This document shows, piece by piece, positions 1-9,279 of a DNA stretch of 11,534 bases. The translations under genes and the position numbers were made by a program. The notes beneath the pieces were generated by a model. The model had not been told where the DNA came from. It made no database searches and was given only the letters and a program-made list of their open reading frames with translations. How positions within the stretch are numbered: the first letter of the stretch is position 1; each line of letters begins with the position of its first letter. The stretch comes from Candidatus Eiseniibacteriota bacterium (GTDB lineage Bacteria; Arandabacterota; Arandabacteria; Arandabacterales; Arandabacteraceae): the NCBI GenBank assembly GCA_043810925.1, contig JBDRNT010000149.1:1-11534 (forward strand). Direction: 5' to 3'.

Positions 1-1
1 A

Positions 2-382
2 GGAACAGGTGGTGTTGAGACGATCGTCGAGATGATCGAGAAACTCACAGCACTTGAGCTCGCGGACCTCGCCAAGACGTTGAGTGAGAAGTTCGGCGTG
101 ACCCCGATGGCGGCGGTTCAAATGGGAGCTCCGGGGGCTGCTCAGGGTGAGACGGCGGCCGAGGAAGAGCAAACAGCGTTTGACGTAGTCCTGACTGCGT
201 TCGGCGACAAGAAGCTTCAGGTGATCAAGGTCGTGCGCGCGATAACCGGTCTTGGCCTCAAGGAGGCGAAGGACCTGGTTGAAGGCGCCCCGAAAGTGGT
301 TAAGGAAGGTATCGCAAAAGAGGACGCCCAGGAAATCAAGGCGAAGCTCGAAGAAGTCGGTGCCACTGTTGAACTAAAGTAG
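2..382 (+). CDS. rplL: 50S ribosomal protein L7/L12 (bL12), 5'-partial
   Basis: [17 protein letters not shown]-domain, Ala/Gly hinge, and C-domain FDVVL...[33 protein letters not shown]...GATVELK. The frame is open from base 2 ([15 protein letters not shown]) and this stretch resembles the first L12 helix, so the true start is probably upstream of the window rather than ATG32. Stop TAG at 380-382. Confidence 0.97.
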   Translation, partial: GTGGVETIVEMIEKLTALELADLAKTLSEKFGVTPMAAVQMGAPGAAQGETAAEEEQTAFDVVLTAFGDKKLQVIKVVRAITGLGLKEAKDLVEGAPKVVKEGIAKEDAQEIKAKLEEVGATVELK

Positions 383-394
383 GCCTGGCATACC

Positions 395-404
395 GGGGGT
401 AGGT
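395..404 (+). promoter_or_regulatory. Putative ribosome-binding site of rpoB
   Basis: GGGGGTAGGT ending 7 nt before ATG412; an imperfect SD match. Confidence 0.5.
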
Positions 405-411
405 TGATTCT

Positions 412-3400
412 ATGGTAACTCTTAAAAGGAAGAGCTATTCCAAGATCACCGAGGTAATGGAGATTCCGAATCTCCTCTCGGTGCAGCTGGATTCCTTCAG
501 GGATTTCCTGCAGGCCGAGATCACGCCGGCCCAGAGAAGAGATGAAGGACTGCAGAGGGTGTTTGCGGAAGTGTTCCCCATATCGGATGCAAGGGACAAC
601 TACAGTCTCGAGTTCGTCAGCTACGTTCTGGGGGAACCGAAGTACAACATCGAAGAGTGCCAGGAACGGGATGTGACCTTCGCTGCGCCGCTCAAAGCGA
701 CACTGAGGCTTATCGTCAAGGAGAACGTCGACGGGCGCAAAGAGGTTAAGGATATAATCGAGCAGGAAGTCTATCTCGGCGAGATCCCACTGATAACCGA
801 CAAGGGCACCTTCATTATAAACGGTGCCGAGAGAGTTGTTGTCAGCCAGTTACACAGGTCTCCGGGCGTTTTCTTCGATGAGAGCATTCACCCGAACGGC
901 AAGAGGCTCTATTCGGCGCGAATCATTCCCTACCACGGTTCATGGGTGGAGTTCAGCTTCGATGTCAACGACATCATGTACGTTCACATCGACAGAAAAC
1001 GGAAGATCCCGGTTACGGTCCTGCTGCGCGCCATAGGCTTCTCAACAACCGACGATATACTGAGACTTTACTATGATGTCGAGAACATAAAGGTCGGCGC
1101 GGTACAGAAGAGGCGCAAGCACCCGCTGGTGGGCAGGTACTGCGCACAGACGGTGATTGATAAGTCCACTGGTGAGATCATTCTTGAGGCAGGCGAGGAG
1201 ATTACTCCTGCATCGCTCGAAGCGCTCAAGCTCGCCGGGATAAGCTCTGTGGCAGTCACGGTTGACAGGGTGGGCATAGATAATGATGTGGTGAGGAATA
1301 CCCTTCGCAAGGATACGAGCAGATGCGAGGAAGAGGCGCTGATAAAGATTTACAGCCTGCTTCGCCCGGGCGATCCTCCGACGGTAGATACCGCAAAAGG
1401 GTTGATAGACAGGCTCTTTTTCAGCCCCAAGAGATATGACCTCGGCAAGGTGGGCAGGTACAAGCTCAACCAGAGACTCGCGCTTGAAACCCCCGTCGAT
1501 GTGACCATACTCACCAAGACTGACTTTGTGAAAATAGTCGAATACCTCCTCGTGCTGAAAGACAGCAGGGGCTTCACCGACGACATCGATCACCTTGGTA
1601 ACAGGCGTGTCCGTTCCGTGGGTGAGCTACTGGCCAACCAGTTCTCGATAGGTCTGACGAGGATGGCGCGTATCATCAAGGAGCGCATGAGTCTTCAGGA
1701 TACGGAGCTCATGACTCCGTCGGATCTCGTGAATGCGAGAACCGTGGCGGCTGTGATAAAGACCTTCTTTGGTTCCAGCCAGCTCTCGCAGTTCATGGAC
1801 CAGACCAATCCGCTGGCGGAGCTGACGCACAAGCGCAGGCTCTCCGCACTTGGTCCCGGTGGACTGACGAGGGAAAGGGCCGGATTCGAGGTCAGGGATG
1901 TTCACTACACCCATTACGGACGAGTCTGCCCGATCGAGACCCCGGAGGGACCGAACATCGGGCTGATAAGTTCGCTTTCGACCTATGCGAGGATAAATGA
2001 GTTCGGCTTCCTGGAGACGCCCTACAGAAAGGTCACTAACGGGATTGCCACCCGGGAGGTGGAGTATCTCAGCGCGGACAAGGAAGACATGAAGGTTGTT
2101 GCCCAGGGCAACGCGCCCGTCAACCCGGACGGGAAGTTCGCCGCAGACAAAGTGTTCGCTTCCTACAAGGGTGATTTCCCTGTTGTCGAGGTCGGCAAGA
2201 TCGACTACATGGATGTTTCCCCGAAGCAGATTGTAAGTGCGGCTGCTGCGTTGATACCCTTCCTTGAGCATGACGATGCGAACAGGGCGCTGATGGGATC
2301 GAACATGCAGCGCCAGGCCGTGCCTCTTCTGATCACTGAGGCGCCGCTTGTCGGCACCGGTCTTGAAGGAAAGGTCGCGGCCGACTCGGGAGACCTGGTG
2401 TTTGCCAAGAGGGCCGGTGTGGTTGACTCGGTTTCCGCCGATGGCATCGTTGTCTCTCACGGCGATTCGGGAGATCTTGATGAAATATTCGGGATGGCCA
2501 ATCTCGACGTCTACAAACTGACTAAGTTCAAACGTTCGAATCAGGATACCTGCATAAATCAGCGGCCCGTGGTAAATGCCGGAGACCGGGTGAAGCAAGG
2601 GGATCTGCTTGCCGATGGCCCGGCCACCAAGGACGGGGAACTCGCCCTCGGTGTCAACGTGCTTGTCGCCTTTCTGCCCTGGAGGGGTTACAACTACGAG
2701 GATGCGATCCTCATCAGTGAGAGAGTCGTCAAGGATGACCGGATGACTTCGATCCACATTGAAGACTTCGAGCTTCAGGTAAGGGAAACAAAACGCGGTG
2801 TTGAAGAGATAACAAGCGAGATCCCCAATGTCAGCGATGAGGTTGTGAGGAATCTTGATGAGAGCGGTGTCGTGAGAATCGGTGCCCGCGTAAGAGCGGG
2901 AGACATACTGGTCGGCAAGGTGACGCCCAAGGGAGAGACCGAACTGACGCCCGAGGAACGGTTGCTCAAGGCCATATTCGGGGAGAAGGCGTGCGACGTT
3001 AGAGATGCATCGCTTAAGGCGCCGCCCGGCATGGACGGTATCGTGATCGACGTCAGGGTGTTTTCGAGGAAGGAACGGGACGAAGCCATACGGAAACGCG
3101 AGAAGAAAGAAGTTGAAGAGCTCCGTAAGACCGAGAAGCGACAGATCAAGCGGCTCCTGGCCAAGCGCGACGAGCGGGTACGGGAGATGCTGGTTGATGA
3201 GATCGCCAATGAGGTCCTGAACCACGAGGGTGAGACGCTGGTCAAGCCCGGCAAGAAGATAACCACACGCCTCTTAAGTAAGCTCGACCTCTCGGATGTC
3301 GACTTCACGAAAGACACAACCAAGGACAGGAGCACGTGCTCGCGGGTGAGACGGCTCGTAAGGATCGTGGAGGACGCGCTCGATGAGGTCTCGAGGTCCT

Positions 3401-4179
3401 ACGAGAAGGAGATAGAGAGACTCTCGCGTGGGGACGAGCTGCCACCGGGTGTGGTCAAGCTTGTCAAAGTGTACATCGCCAAGAAGAGAAAGCTCTCGGT
3501 GGGAGACAAGGTCGCCGGGAGGCATGGAAATAAAGGGGTCGTCGCGAGGATAGTCCCCGAGGAAGATATGCCATATCTTCCCGACGGCACGCCCGTAGAG
3601 ATTGTGCTCAACCCGCTCGGGGTTCCTTCGCGAATGAACCTCGGCCAGATACTTGAGACACATCTCGGATGGGCGGCCAAGATGCTTGATATGCACGTTG
3701 CTACGCCGGTTTTTGACGGCGCAACGATTCGTGAGATAAAGATGCTTCTCAACGAGGCCGGGCTGCCCCAAAGCGGCAAGACAGTTCTGTACGACGGCAA
3801 GTCCGGGGAGCCCTTCGATAGGGAGGTGACGGTCGGATACATCTACATGATGAAATTGTCTCATCTTGTGGATGATAAGATTCACGCAAGGTCGATTGGT
3901 CCTTATTCGCTTGTTACCCAGCAGCCGCTGGGTGGAAAAGCGCAGTTCGGAGGACAGCGATTCGGAGAGATGGAAGTCTGGGCGCTTGAAGCCTATGGAG
4001 CGGCTTATGCGCTTCAGGAGATACTTACCGTCAAGTCGGATGATGTGGCGGGAAGATCGAGAATATATGAGGCGATCGTCAAGGGTGAGAATCCGCCTCA
4101 GCCCGGAATTCCGGAATCGTTTAACGTTCTCGTTAAAGAACTTCAAAGTCTTGGGCTGGATGTCCAGCTCGAAGAGTAG
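412..4179 (+). CDS. rpoB: DNA-directed RNA polymerase subunit beta (1255 aa)
   Basis: Motifs [129 protein letters not shown]; lies between rplL and rpoC. Confidence 0.99.
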   Translation: MVTLKRKSYSKITEVMEIPNLLSVQLDSFRDFLQAEITPAQRRDEGLQRVFAEVFPISDARDNYSLEFVSYVLGEPKYNIEECQERDVTFAAPLKATLRLIVKENVDGRKEVKDIIEQEVYLGEIPLITDKGTFIINGAERVVVSQLHRSPGVFFDESIHPNGKRLYSARIIPYHGSWVEFSFDVNDIMYVHIDRKRKIPVTVLLRAIGFSTTDDILRLYYDVENIKVGAVQKRRKHPLVGRYCAQTVIDKSTGEIILEAGEEITPASLEALKLAGISSVAVTVDRVGIDNDVVRNTLRKDTSRCEEEALIKIYSLLRPGDPPTVDTAKGLIDRLFFSPKRYDLGKVGRYKLNQRLALETPVDVTILTKTDFVKIVEYLLVLKDSRGFTDDIDHLGNRRVRSVGELLANQFSIGLTRMARIIKERMSLQDTELMTPSDLVNARTVAAVIKTFFGSSQLSQFMDQTNPLAELTHKRRLSALGPGGLTRERAGFEVRDVHYTHYGRVCPIETPEGPNIGLISSLSTYARINEFGFLETPYRKVTNGIATREVEYLSADKEDMKVVAQGNAPVNPDGKFAADKVFASYKGDFPVVEVGKIDYMDVSPKQIVSAAAALIPFLEHDDANRALMGSNMQRQAVPLLITEAPLVGTGLEGKVAADSGDLVFAKRAGVVDSVSADGIVVSHGDSGDLDEIFGMANLDVYKLTKFKRSNQDTCINQRPVVNAGDRVKQGDLLADGPATKDGELALGVNVLVAFLPWRGYNYEDAILISERVVKDDRMTSIHIEDFELQVRETKRGVEEITSEIPNVSDEVVRNLDESGVVRIGARVRAGDILVGKVTPKGETELTPEERLLKAIFGEKACDVRDASLKAPPGMDGIVIDVRVFSRKERDEAIRKREKKEVEELRKTEKRQIKRLLAKRDERVREMLVDEIANEVLNHEGETLVKPGKKITTRLLSKLDLSDVDFTKDTTKDRSTCSRVRRLVRIVEDALDEVSRSYEKEIERLSRGDELPPGVVKLVKVYIAKKRKLSVGDKVAGRHGNKGVVARIVPEEDMPYLPDGTPVEIVLNPLGVPSRMNLGQILETHLGWAAKMLDMHVATPVFDGATIREIKMLLNEAGLPQSGKTVLYDGKSGEPFDREVTVGYIYMMKLSHLVDDKIHARSIGPYSLVTQQPLGGKAQFGGQRFGEMEVWALEAYGAAYALQEILTVKSDDVAGRSRIYEAIVKGENPPQPGIPESFNVLVKELQSLGLDVQLEE

Positions 4180-4183
4180 GTAG

Positions 4184-4189
4184 GGAGGT
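4184..4189 (+). promoter_or_regulatory. Shine-Dalgarno site of rpoC
   Basis: GGAGGT 7 nt upstream of GTG4197. Confidence 0.85.
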
Positions 4190-4196
4190 ATTCTCC

Positions 4197-7100
4197 GTGT
4201 TAAGACCAACGGATGCACGGGAAAAGACCCCTGTGGAATTCTCAGCAATAAGGATTCAGCTCGCCTCGCCTGAGACCATAAGACAGTGGTCGTATGGAGA
4301 GGTGACCAAGCCTGAGACCATCAATTACAGGTCTTTCAAGCCTGAAAGGGACGGCCTCTTCTGCGAAAGAATCTTCGGCCCGGTGAAGGACTGGGAATGT
4401 AACTGCGGCAAGTACAAGCGGATAAGATACCGGGGAGTGATTTGTGATAAGTGCAAGGTCGAGGTTACGCAGGCCAAGGTCCGGAGAGAGAGGCTGGGGC
4501 ATATCGAACTCGCAGTGCCGGTGTCACATATCTGGTATTTCAAGGGTATCCCCAGCAGGATGGGACAGCTCCTTGATATCAGTGTCCGGGATATCGAGAG
4601 AGTCCTTTACTACGAAAGCTATATCGTGCTTGACCCGGGTGAGAGCCAGATAAAGAAGAAGCAACTGATAACTGAGGAAGATTACATAGACCTGGAAGAA
4701 CAGTATGCGGGCAAGTTCGCGGCCGAGATGGGCGCCGGGGCGATCAAGAAGCTGTTGCGGGAGATGGACCTCGAGGAGATCTCGACCGAACTGCGCGCAC
4801 GGGTCAGGGTGGAGACATCCGCACAGAGAAAGCGGGAGATCCTTAAGAGACTGAAACTGGTCGAGGCCTTCAGATTGAGCGGCAACCGGCCCGAGTGGAT
4901 GATAATGGACGTGATCCCGGTTCTGCCTCCCGACCTGCGGCCGCTGGTTCCTCTTGAGGGCGGCAGGTTCGCCACGTCCGACCTCAACGATCTCTATCGC
5001 AGGGTGATCAACAGAAACAACAGACTCAAGAAACTCATGGAGATAAGGGCACCCGAGGTGATTCTGAGGAATGAGAAGAGGATGCTTCAGGAAGCGGTTG
5101 ACGCCCTCTTTGATAACGGCCGCCGGTCACGTGCGGTGCGGGGTCCCGGCAACAGACCGCTCAAGTCTTTGAGCGATATGCTCAAGGGTAAGCAGGGGCG
5201 GTTCCGCCAGAACCTGCTGGGCAAGCGGGTCGACTATTCAGGCAGATCGGTGATCGTCGTTGGTCCCGAGCTTAAGATCCACCAGTGCGGGCTGCCGAAG
5301 AGCATGGCACTTGAGCTCTTCAAGCCCTTCATAATAAAGAAACTCGAAGACAAGGGCTATGTGCAGACAGTAAAGAGCGCCAAGAAGCTGGTTGAAAGGG
5401 AAAGACCGGAGGTCTGGGATATTCTCGAGGAGATAATCAAGGACCACCCGGTGTTTCTCAACCGGGCGCCTACATTGCACAGGCTGGGGATACAGGCCTT
5501 TGAACCCGTCCTTGTCGAGGGTAAGGCGATAAAGATTCATCCGCTCGTGTGCCAGGCCTTTAACGCCGACTTCGACGGCGACCAGATGGCGGTTCACGTT
5601 CCGCTGTCATTTGAAGCGCAGCTGGAGGCGAGGGTACTCATGCTTTCGATCAATAACATACTCTCGCCGTCGGACGGAAGACCGCTGGCATCGCCTACGC
5701 AGGACATGGTGCTGGGTTGCTTCTACCTGACAAAGGAGAGAGAGGTTGGGGAGGACGAGAGACCCAGGATCTTTGTCGATGCGAATGAGGTGATTCTCGC
5801 ATATCAGCAGAAAGCGGTGAAACTGCACGACCCGATCAGGGTACCGGTCGACGGTGAACCGAAAGACACCACTGTGGGGAGAATCATCTTCAACGATATC
5901 ATTCCCGAGGGGCTTGAATACGTAAACGAGGCGCTTGACAAACGGCGGCTCGAGGAGATAGTGGGTAACTGCCACAGATTGCTCGGCCCATACAAAACCG
6001 CGATTTTCCTCGATCAACTCAAGGAGATGGGGTTCGAGTACGCAACGACCTCGGGTCTGACAGTCGGTATTGACGACATTGTCATTCCCGCCGAGAAGCC
6101 CAAGATCATAGAGCGTGCCGAGAAATCTGTTCACCGGATTCACGATATCTACAAGAAGGGCGCGATAACCGATGGCGAGCGCTATAACCAGGTGATAGAT
6201 ACCTGGACCAATGCGACCAGCCGCATCGGTGGCACCATGTTTGACAACCTGGCGCGCGTCGACGGCGGTTTCAATCCGATCTACATGATGGCCGCATCGG
6301 GCGCACGAGGTTCGAAGGAGCAGATCAGACAGCTTGCGGGGATAAGAGGATTGATGGCTAAGCCGCAGAAGAAGATGACGGGCCAGATGGGTGAGATCAT
6401 CGAGACCCCGATCAAGTCCAACTTCAAGGAAGGACTGACGGTTCTCGAGTACTTCATCTCAACTCACGGAGCGAGAAAGGGGCTTGCGGACACGGCGCTC
6501 AAAACCGCCGATGCCGGTTACCTCACTCGCAGACTCGTCGATGTCGCGCAGGACGCAATCATTAACGAGGAGGATTGCGGAACGATTCTCGGACTTGACA
6601 TCACCGCTCTTAAAGAGGGTGAGGAGATCATCGAGCCGCTGGGTGACAGGATTCTGGGCCGGGTGGCCGCCGAGGACGTGTACGATCCGATAACGAGCGA
6701 ATTGATCGCGACCGCCGGTGATCAGATTGGTGAGGAAGCCTCCATAATCATGGATAACTCGGCTATCGACAGAGTGAAGATAAGATCGGTGTTGACCTGT
6801 GAGACGGCAAGAGGGGTTTGTGCCAAGTGTTACGGCAGGAACCTCGCCACAGGCCGGATGGTCAACATAGGAGAGGCGGTTGGGGTCATCGCCGCACAGT
6901 CGATTGGAGAGCCGGGTACCCAGCTGACCTTAAGAACATTCCACATCGGAGGAACGGCGGGCAGGATAGCAGAGGAATCCAGGATACAGGCCAAGTGTGA
7001 AGGTACGATCAAATTCCATGGCGTCAAAGCTGTGAATTACAGGGAAGACCAGCGAGTGGTTCTATCGACCAAGGGTGAGATTCACCTGTTTGAGGGCAAG

Positions 7101-8270
7101 AACCTCAGGACGCGTTACACGGTCCCTTACGGGGCGAAGCTGACCGTCACGGACGAGCAGGAAGTCAAGAGCGGTGAAGTGCTCTTCGAATGGGATCCGT
7201 ACTCGGCGCCGATTCTCGCGGAGAAATCCGGTGTTGTCAGATTCTACGATATCATCGACGAATTGACCGTCCGGGAAGAGCTGGATGAGAAGACGGGCCT
7301 GAGACAGCGGGTTGTGGTCGAGCACAGAGACAAGACCATTCATCCCCATATGGTGATCGAGACCGTCAAGGGCAAGAAGGCTGGGGAGTATCCGATACCT
7401 ACGGGTGCGCATCTCATAGCCCATGACAGTGACAAGGTGATAGCGGGTGATCCGCTCGCGAAGATCCCGCGCGAAATCTCAAAGACGCGAGACATTACCG
7501 GCGGTCTTCCGAGGGTTGCAGAGCTCTTCGAGGCTCGGAAGCCGAAAGAGCGGGCGACCGTGAGCGAGATCGATGGGAGTGTTGAGTTCAGGGGCGTGGC
7601 CAGGGGGATGCGGAGGGTCGTTGTAACAGGCGAGCAAGGTGAAGAGATGGAGTATCTGATTCCTCACGGCAAGCACCTCAGGGTGAGAGACGGTGATCTC
7701 GTAAAGGCCGGAGATAAGCTCTCGGAAGGCCCGATCAACCCGCATGACATCCTGAGAATCAAGGGTATAAACGCCGTGCAGGAGTACCTCGTTAACGAGA
7801 TCCAGGAGGTTTACAGGCTCCAGGGCGTTAGGATAAATGATAAACACATCGAGGTGATCGTCAGGCAGATGCTCGAGAAAGTGAGAATCGAGGACCCCGG
7901 CGACACCAACTTCCTTGAGGGAGAGCAGGTGGACAAGGTTCGTGTGAAGGAGCAGAATGAAAGTGTGGCCACTAAGGGGAAACCCGCGACCTTCCAACCT
8001 CTTCTTCTTGGCATAACCAAGGCGTCCTTGAGCACGGAGAGTTTCATATCCGCAGCCTCATTCCAGGAGACGACGAGGGTTCTTACCGAGGCTGCGATAA
8101 ATGGTATGAGGGACAGCCTCCTGGGGCTGAAGGAAAACGTAATAATCGGACACCTGGTTCCGGCCGGGACGGGGATAGGCAGGAACAGGCGTATAAAGGT
8201 GATCGCGGAAGAAGAGATCCCCGACCTGCCCGAGGAGGGTGAGGCGGAAGAAGAAGTCGTTGAGGCGTAG
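4197..8270 (+). CDS. rpoC: DNA-directed RNA polymerase subunit beta' (1357 aa, GTG start)
   Basis: [13 protein letters not shown]-terminal Zn ribbon (CNC...CDKC), [12 protein letters not shown], catalytic NADFDGD (5562-5582), bridge helix [29 protein letters not shown], second Zn site (DCG...LTC...VCAKC), trigger loop [32 protein letters not shown]. Confidence 0.99.
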   Translation: MLRPTDAREKTPVEFSAIRIQLASPETIRQWSYGEVTKPETINYRSFKPERDGLFCERIFGPVKDWECNCGKYKRIRYRGVICDKCKVEVTQAKVRRERLGHIELAVPVSHIWYFKGIPSRMGQLLDISVRDIERVLYYESYIVLDPGESQIKKKQLITEEDYIDLEEQYAGKFAAEMGAGAIKKLLREMDLEEISTELRARVRVETSAQRKREILKRLKLVEAFRLSGNRPEWMIMDVIPVLPPDLRPLVPLEGGRFATSDLNDLYRRVINRNNRLKKLMEIRAPEVILRNEKRMLQEAVDALFDNGRRSRAVRGPGNRPLKSLSDMLKGKQGRFRQNLLGKRVDYSGRSVIVVGPELKIHQCGLPKSMALELFKPFIIKKLEDKGYVQTVKSAKKLVERERPEVWDILEEIIKDHPVFLNRAPTLHRLGIQAFEPVLVEGKAIKIHPLVCQAFNADFDGDQMAVHVPLSFEAQLEARVLMLSINNILSPSDGRPLASPTQDMVLGCFYLTKEREVGEDERPRIFVDANEVILAYQQKAVKLHDPIRVPVDGEPKDTTVGRIIFNDIIPEGLEYVNEALDKRRLEEIVGNCHRLLGPYKTAIFLDQLKEMGFEYATTSGLTVGIDDIVIPAEKPKIIERAEKSVHRIHDIYKKGAITDGERYNQVIDTWTNATSRIGGTMFDNLARVDGGFNPIYMMAASGARGSKEQIRQLAGIRGLMAKPQKKMTGQMGEIIETPIKSNFKEGLTVLEYFISTHGARKGLADTALKTADAGYLTRRLVDVAQDAIINEEDCGTILGLDITALKEGEEIIEPLGDRILGRVAAEDVYDPITSELIATAGDQIGEEASIIMDNSAIDRVKIRSVLTCETARGVCAKCYGRNLATGRMVNIGEAVGVIAAQSIGEPGTQLTLRTFHIGGTAGRIAEESRIQAKCEGTIKFHGVKAVNYREDQRVVLSTKGEIHLFEGKNLRTRYTVPYGAKLTVTDEQEVKSGEVLFEWDPYSAPILAEKSGVVRFYDIIDELTVREELDEKTGLRQRVVVEHRDKTIHPHMVIETVKGKKAGEYPIPTGAHLIAHDSDKVIAGDPLAKIPREISKTRDITGGLPRVAELFEARKPKERATVSEIDGSVEFRGVARGMRRVVVTGEQGEEMEYLIPHGKHLRVRDGDLVKAGDKLSEGPINPHDILRIKGINAVQEYLVNEIQEVYRLQGVRINDKHIEVIVRQMLEKVRIEDPGDTNFLEGEQVDKVRVKEQNESVATKGKPATFQPLLLGITKASLSTESFISAASFQETTRVLTEAAINGMRDSLLGLKENVIIGHLVPAGTGIGRNRRIKVIAEEEIPDLPEEGEAEEEVVEA

Positions 8271-8283
8271 AACACAAATTGAT

Positions 8284-8289
8284 GGAGGT
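8284..8289 (+). promoter_or_regulatory. Shine-Dalgarno site of rpsL
   Basis: GGAGGT 9 nt upstream of TTG8299. Confidence 0.85.
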
Positions 8290-8298
8290 ATCTAAAGT

Positions 8299-8691
8299 TT
8301 GCCGACAATCAGTCAGCTGGTGAGACGAGGCAGGAGGGCTCAGAAATCGAAAACCAAGGCCCCCGCTCTTATGAGCTGTCCGCAGCGAAGGGGCGTATGT
8401 ACCAGGGTCTATACGACAACACCCAAGAAGCCCAATTCGGCCTTGCGTAAGGTGGCGAGGGTGAGGCTGACCAATGCTATTGAGATAACGGCGTACATTC
8501 CCGGGGAGGGACACAACCTCCAGGAGCACTCCATAGTCCTGGTAAGGGGCGGACGAGTCAAGGATCTTCCCGGGGTCAGGTACCACATTATAAGAGGAGC
8601 TCTGGACACCAGCGGAGTCGATGACAGGAAGCAGTCCCGTTCCAAGTACGGGACCAAGATGAAGAAGAGTCAGACTCCGGCCGGCGGTTAA
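8299..8691 (+). CDS. rpsL: 30S ribosomal protein S12 (uS12), TTG start, 130 aa
   Basis: [75 protein letters not shown]. Confidence 0.99.
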   Translation: MPTISQLVRRGRRAQKSKTKAPALMSCPQRRGVCTRVYTTTPKKPNSALRKVARVRLTNAIEITAYIPGEGHNLQEHSIVLVRGGRVKDLPGVRYHIIRGALDTSGVDDRKQSRSKYGTKMKKSQTPAGG

Positions 8692-8708
8692 GAGAAGAGA
8701 GGCAAGAT

Positions 8709-9179
8709 ATGCCAAGAAGAAAGATGGTCAAACGCAAGGAGCTACCACCCGACTCGAGGCACAGTAGCCCCCTTGTTACGAAGTTCGTCAACTGCCTGAT
8801 GCAACAAGGCAAGAAGAGCGTTGCTGAATCTGTTTTCTACGGGAGCCTGGATATTATCGAGAAACGCACCGGGCAGTCGGGGCTGCAGGTGTTCAAGCAG
8901 GCGGTGAGCAATGTGAAACCGGTCCTCGAGGTCAGACCGCGGAGGGTCGGTGGTGCCACCTACCAGGTACCCATGGAAGTTCGGCACGAGAGGCGGACCG
9001 CCCTGGCGATTCGCTGGCTGTTGTCGAACGCGAGAGGCAGAAACGAGCACAGCATGAAGGAGTGTCTTGCATCGGAGTTCATAGCAGCGTCGAAGAACGA
9101 AGGCGGTGCAATAAAGAAGAAGGAAGATACCCACAGAATGGCGGAGGCGAACAAGGCCTTCGCGCATTACAGGTGGTAA
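8709..9179 (+). CDS. rpsG: 30S ribosomal protein S7 (uS7), 156 aa
   Basis: MPRRK, KFVNCLMQQGKKSVAE, EVRPRRVGGATYQVPMEV, ALAIRWL, KKKEDTHRMAEANKAFAHYRW; SD-like GAGG at 8699-8702. Confidence 0.99.
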   Translation: MPRRKMVKRKELPPDSRHSSPLVTKFVNCLMQQGKKSVAESVFYGSLDIIEKRTGQSGLQVFKQAVSNVKPVLEVRPRRVGGATYQVPMEVRHERRTALAIRWLLSNARGRNEHSMKECLASEFIAASKNEGGAIKKKEDTHRMAEANKAFAHYRW

Positions 9180-9234
9180 CGATGGTGCCGAAGGGGTGTA
9201 CGGTTCACCCCGGGCATCCTATCGGGGACAGGAT
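9180..9234 (+). other. GC-rich stem-loop region in the rpsG-fusA spacer (function unknown)
   Basis: Pairings read by eye: GGGGTG 9193-9198 / CACCCC 9206-9211; GGTGCC 9184-9189 / GGCATC 9213-9218 (one G-U); CGAT 9180-9183 / ATCG 9221-9224. No U-tract follows. Confidence 0.55.
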
Positions 9235-9279
9235 TAGATGAGGGTTGCAGGAGAAGAATGCAAGAGGGGATTGAGTGAG

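Noticed and set aside
32..34. ATG32 as the rplL start
   Set aside because: The frame is open to the window edge and the upstream residues resemble the first L12 helix; there is no good SD at the right spacing.
1771..1851. Possible rifampicin-resistance alleles in the RRDR
   Set aside because: Residues equivalent to E. coli Q513, D516, H526, R529, S531, L533 (and V146, I572) are wild-type; the TNPLAE variant is a common natural form.
1627..3225. 532-aa antisense ORF inside rpoB (also 1042-1593 and 3274-4248)
   Set aside because: Codon-register shadow of a conserved gene in a moderately GC-rich genome; no recognisable motif, and fully explained by rarity of TTA/CTA/TCA codons on the sense strand.
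412..8270. Intein, intron, frameshift or rpoB-rpoC fusion
   Set aside because: Both ORFs are uninterrupted and of normal length; rpoB has its own stop and rpoC has its own SD and start in a different frame.
8205..8270. Acidic low-complexity C-terminal tail of beta' with GAG/GAA repeats
   Set aside because: Common disordered RpoC tail, not a DNA repeat element.
8299..8691. Streptomycin-resistance or RimO-site change in S12
   Set aside because: PKKPNSA and RVKDLPG are intact; the short C-terminal tail ([11 protein letters not shown]) is in a normally variable region.
9180..9279. tRNA, intrinsic terminator or known riboswitch in the rpsG-fusA spacer
   Set aside because: No cloverleaf or T-loop consensus, no U-tract on either strand, and no riboswitch motif I can recognise.
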